DNA of 55,877 bases, taken from a bacterium (GTDB taxonomy: Bacteria > SZUA-182 > DTGQ01 > JAFGSM01). The notes beneath the pieces are model-generated. The model did no database searches. It saw only the letters and a list, made by a program, of their open reading frames with translations, and was not told the origin of the DNA. A program made the position numbers and the translations under genes. How positions within the stretch are numbered: the stretch's first letter is position 1; each line of letters begins with the position of its first letter. The DNA lies in assembly GCA_049472335.1 (NCBI GenBank), contig JBLIRO010000031.1, forward strand, positions 1 to 55,877, read 5' to 3'. Positions 55,405 through 55,877 of this stretch are shown here, in pieces.

Positions 55405-55790
55405 TCAGGCTGCACGTTTTAAGTGCGATTTTTCAAGCATGATATCGATTTGTTTGTTCACCTCGTTTAATGCTCGGCGTAAGGGATGAGGGACATGTAC
55501 TCCAAGGTTTTCATCGAGGGATGCAAATCCTGGACGGAATAGGCGTGCATGAACACGTGTAATAAATTGAGAAACCCGATAACCATATGGTGTCAGGAAG
55601 TACTTGGTCGTATGGGATTTTCGCAAGATAATTCCTTTCAAACGCAGTCTACGTAAGTCATAAGTCATCTTTCCCGCATGATACTGTGTCGTCTCAATGC
55701 CTGATAGATCTGCGACATATTTACGAAGGTCTCGATTACGAAATCCGTTCGGCAGATGTAAAAACAAGGTGAGTGCGGCAAATTCAATCT
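55405..55790 (-). pseudogene. C-terminal remnant of a putative transposase with a winged-helix domain
   Basis: LPNGFRNRDLR...MTYDLRRLRLKGII.R...T.KY.LTPYG. I recall this family as IS-associated; the N-terminal part is missing. Confidence 0.55.
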
Positions 55791-55877
55791 GTACCTTAGG
55801 GATCCATCCATTGAGGTACATAATTTCTTATTCATCATTCTTTAATAACAAGCAGTTAGATGTCTCGACCAATCACC

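Overview
AT-rich bacterial accessory region. The gene content suggests an anaerobe, possibly Desulfobacterota-like; this is inference only. Positions ~1.8-31.3 kb form one co-oriented biosynthetic gene cluster built on a minimal type II (aromatic) polyketide synthase: ACP, KS-alpha, chain-length factor, three tandem START-fold aromatase/cyclases and a DpsY/OxyN-type cyclase. It has no recognisable ketoreductase or oxygenase. Instead it carries five radical SAM enzymes, an Arn/Flm-like lipid-carrier amino-sugar pathway, a split dikinase-type phosphotransferase module fused to a histidine phosphatase, and an AlkZ-family DNA glycosylase. A MacAB-type ABC exporter follows (31.5-35.8 kb). Next come an ECF sigma/anti-sigma pair separated by stacked IS elements, a truncated two-component locus and a second ECF sigma. 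A second candidate system is a KamA + two Ddl-like ATP-grasp ligases + GNAT operon and a divergent APC-USP permease, each with a sigma54 promoter and GGAA-N7-TTCC sites around an NtrC-type activator. The window ends with IS remnants and a GC-rich HEAT-repeat gene. All family calls come from motif recognition by eye, not from database searches.
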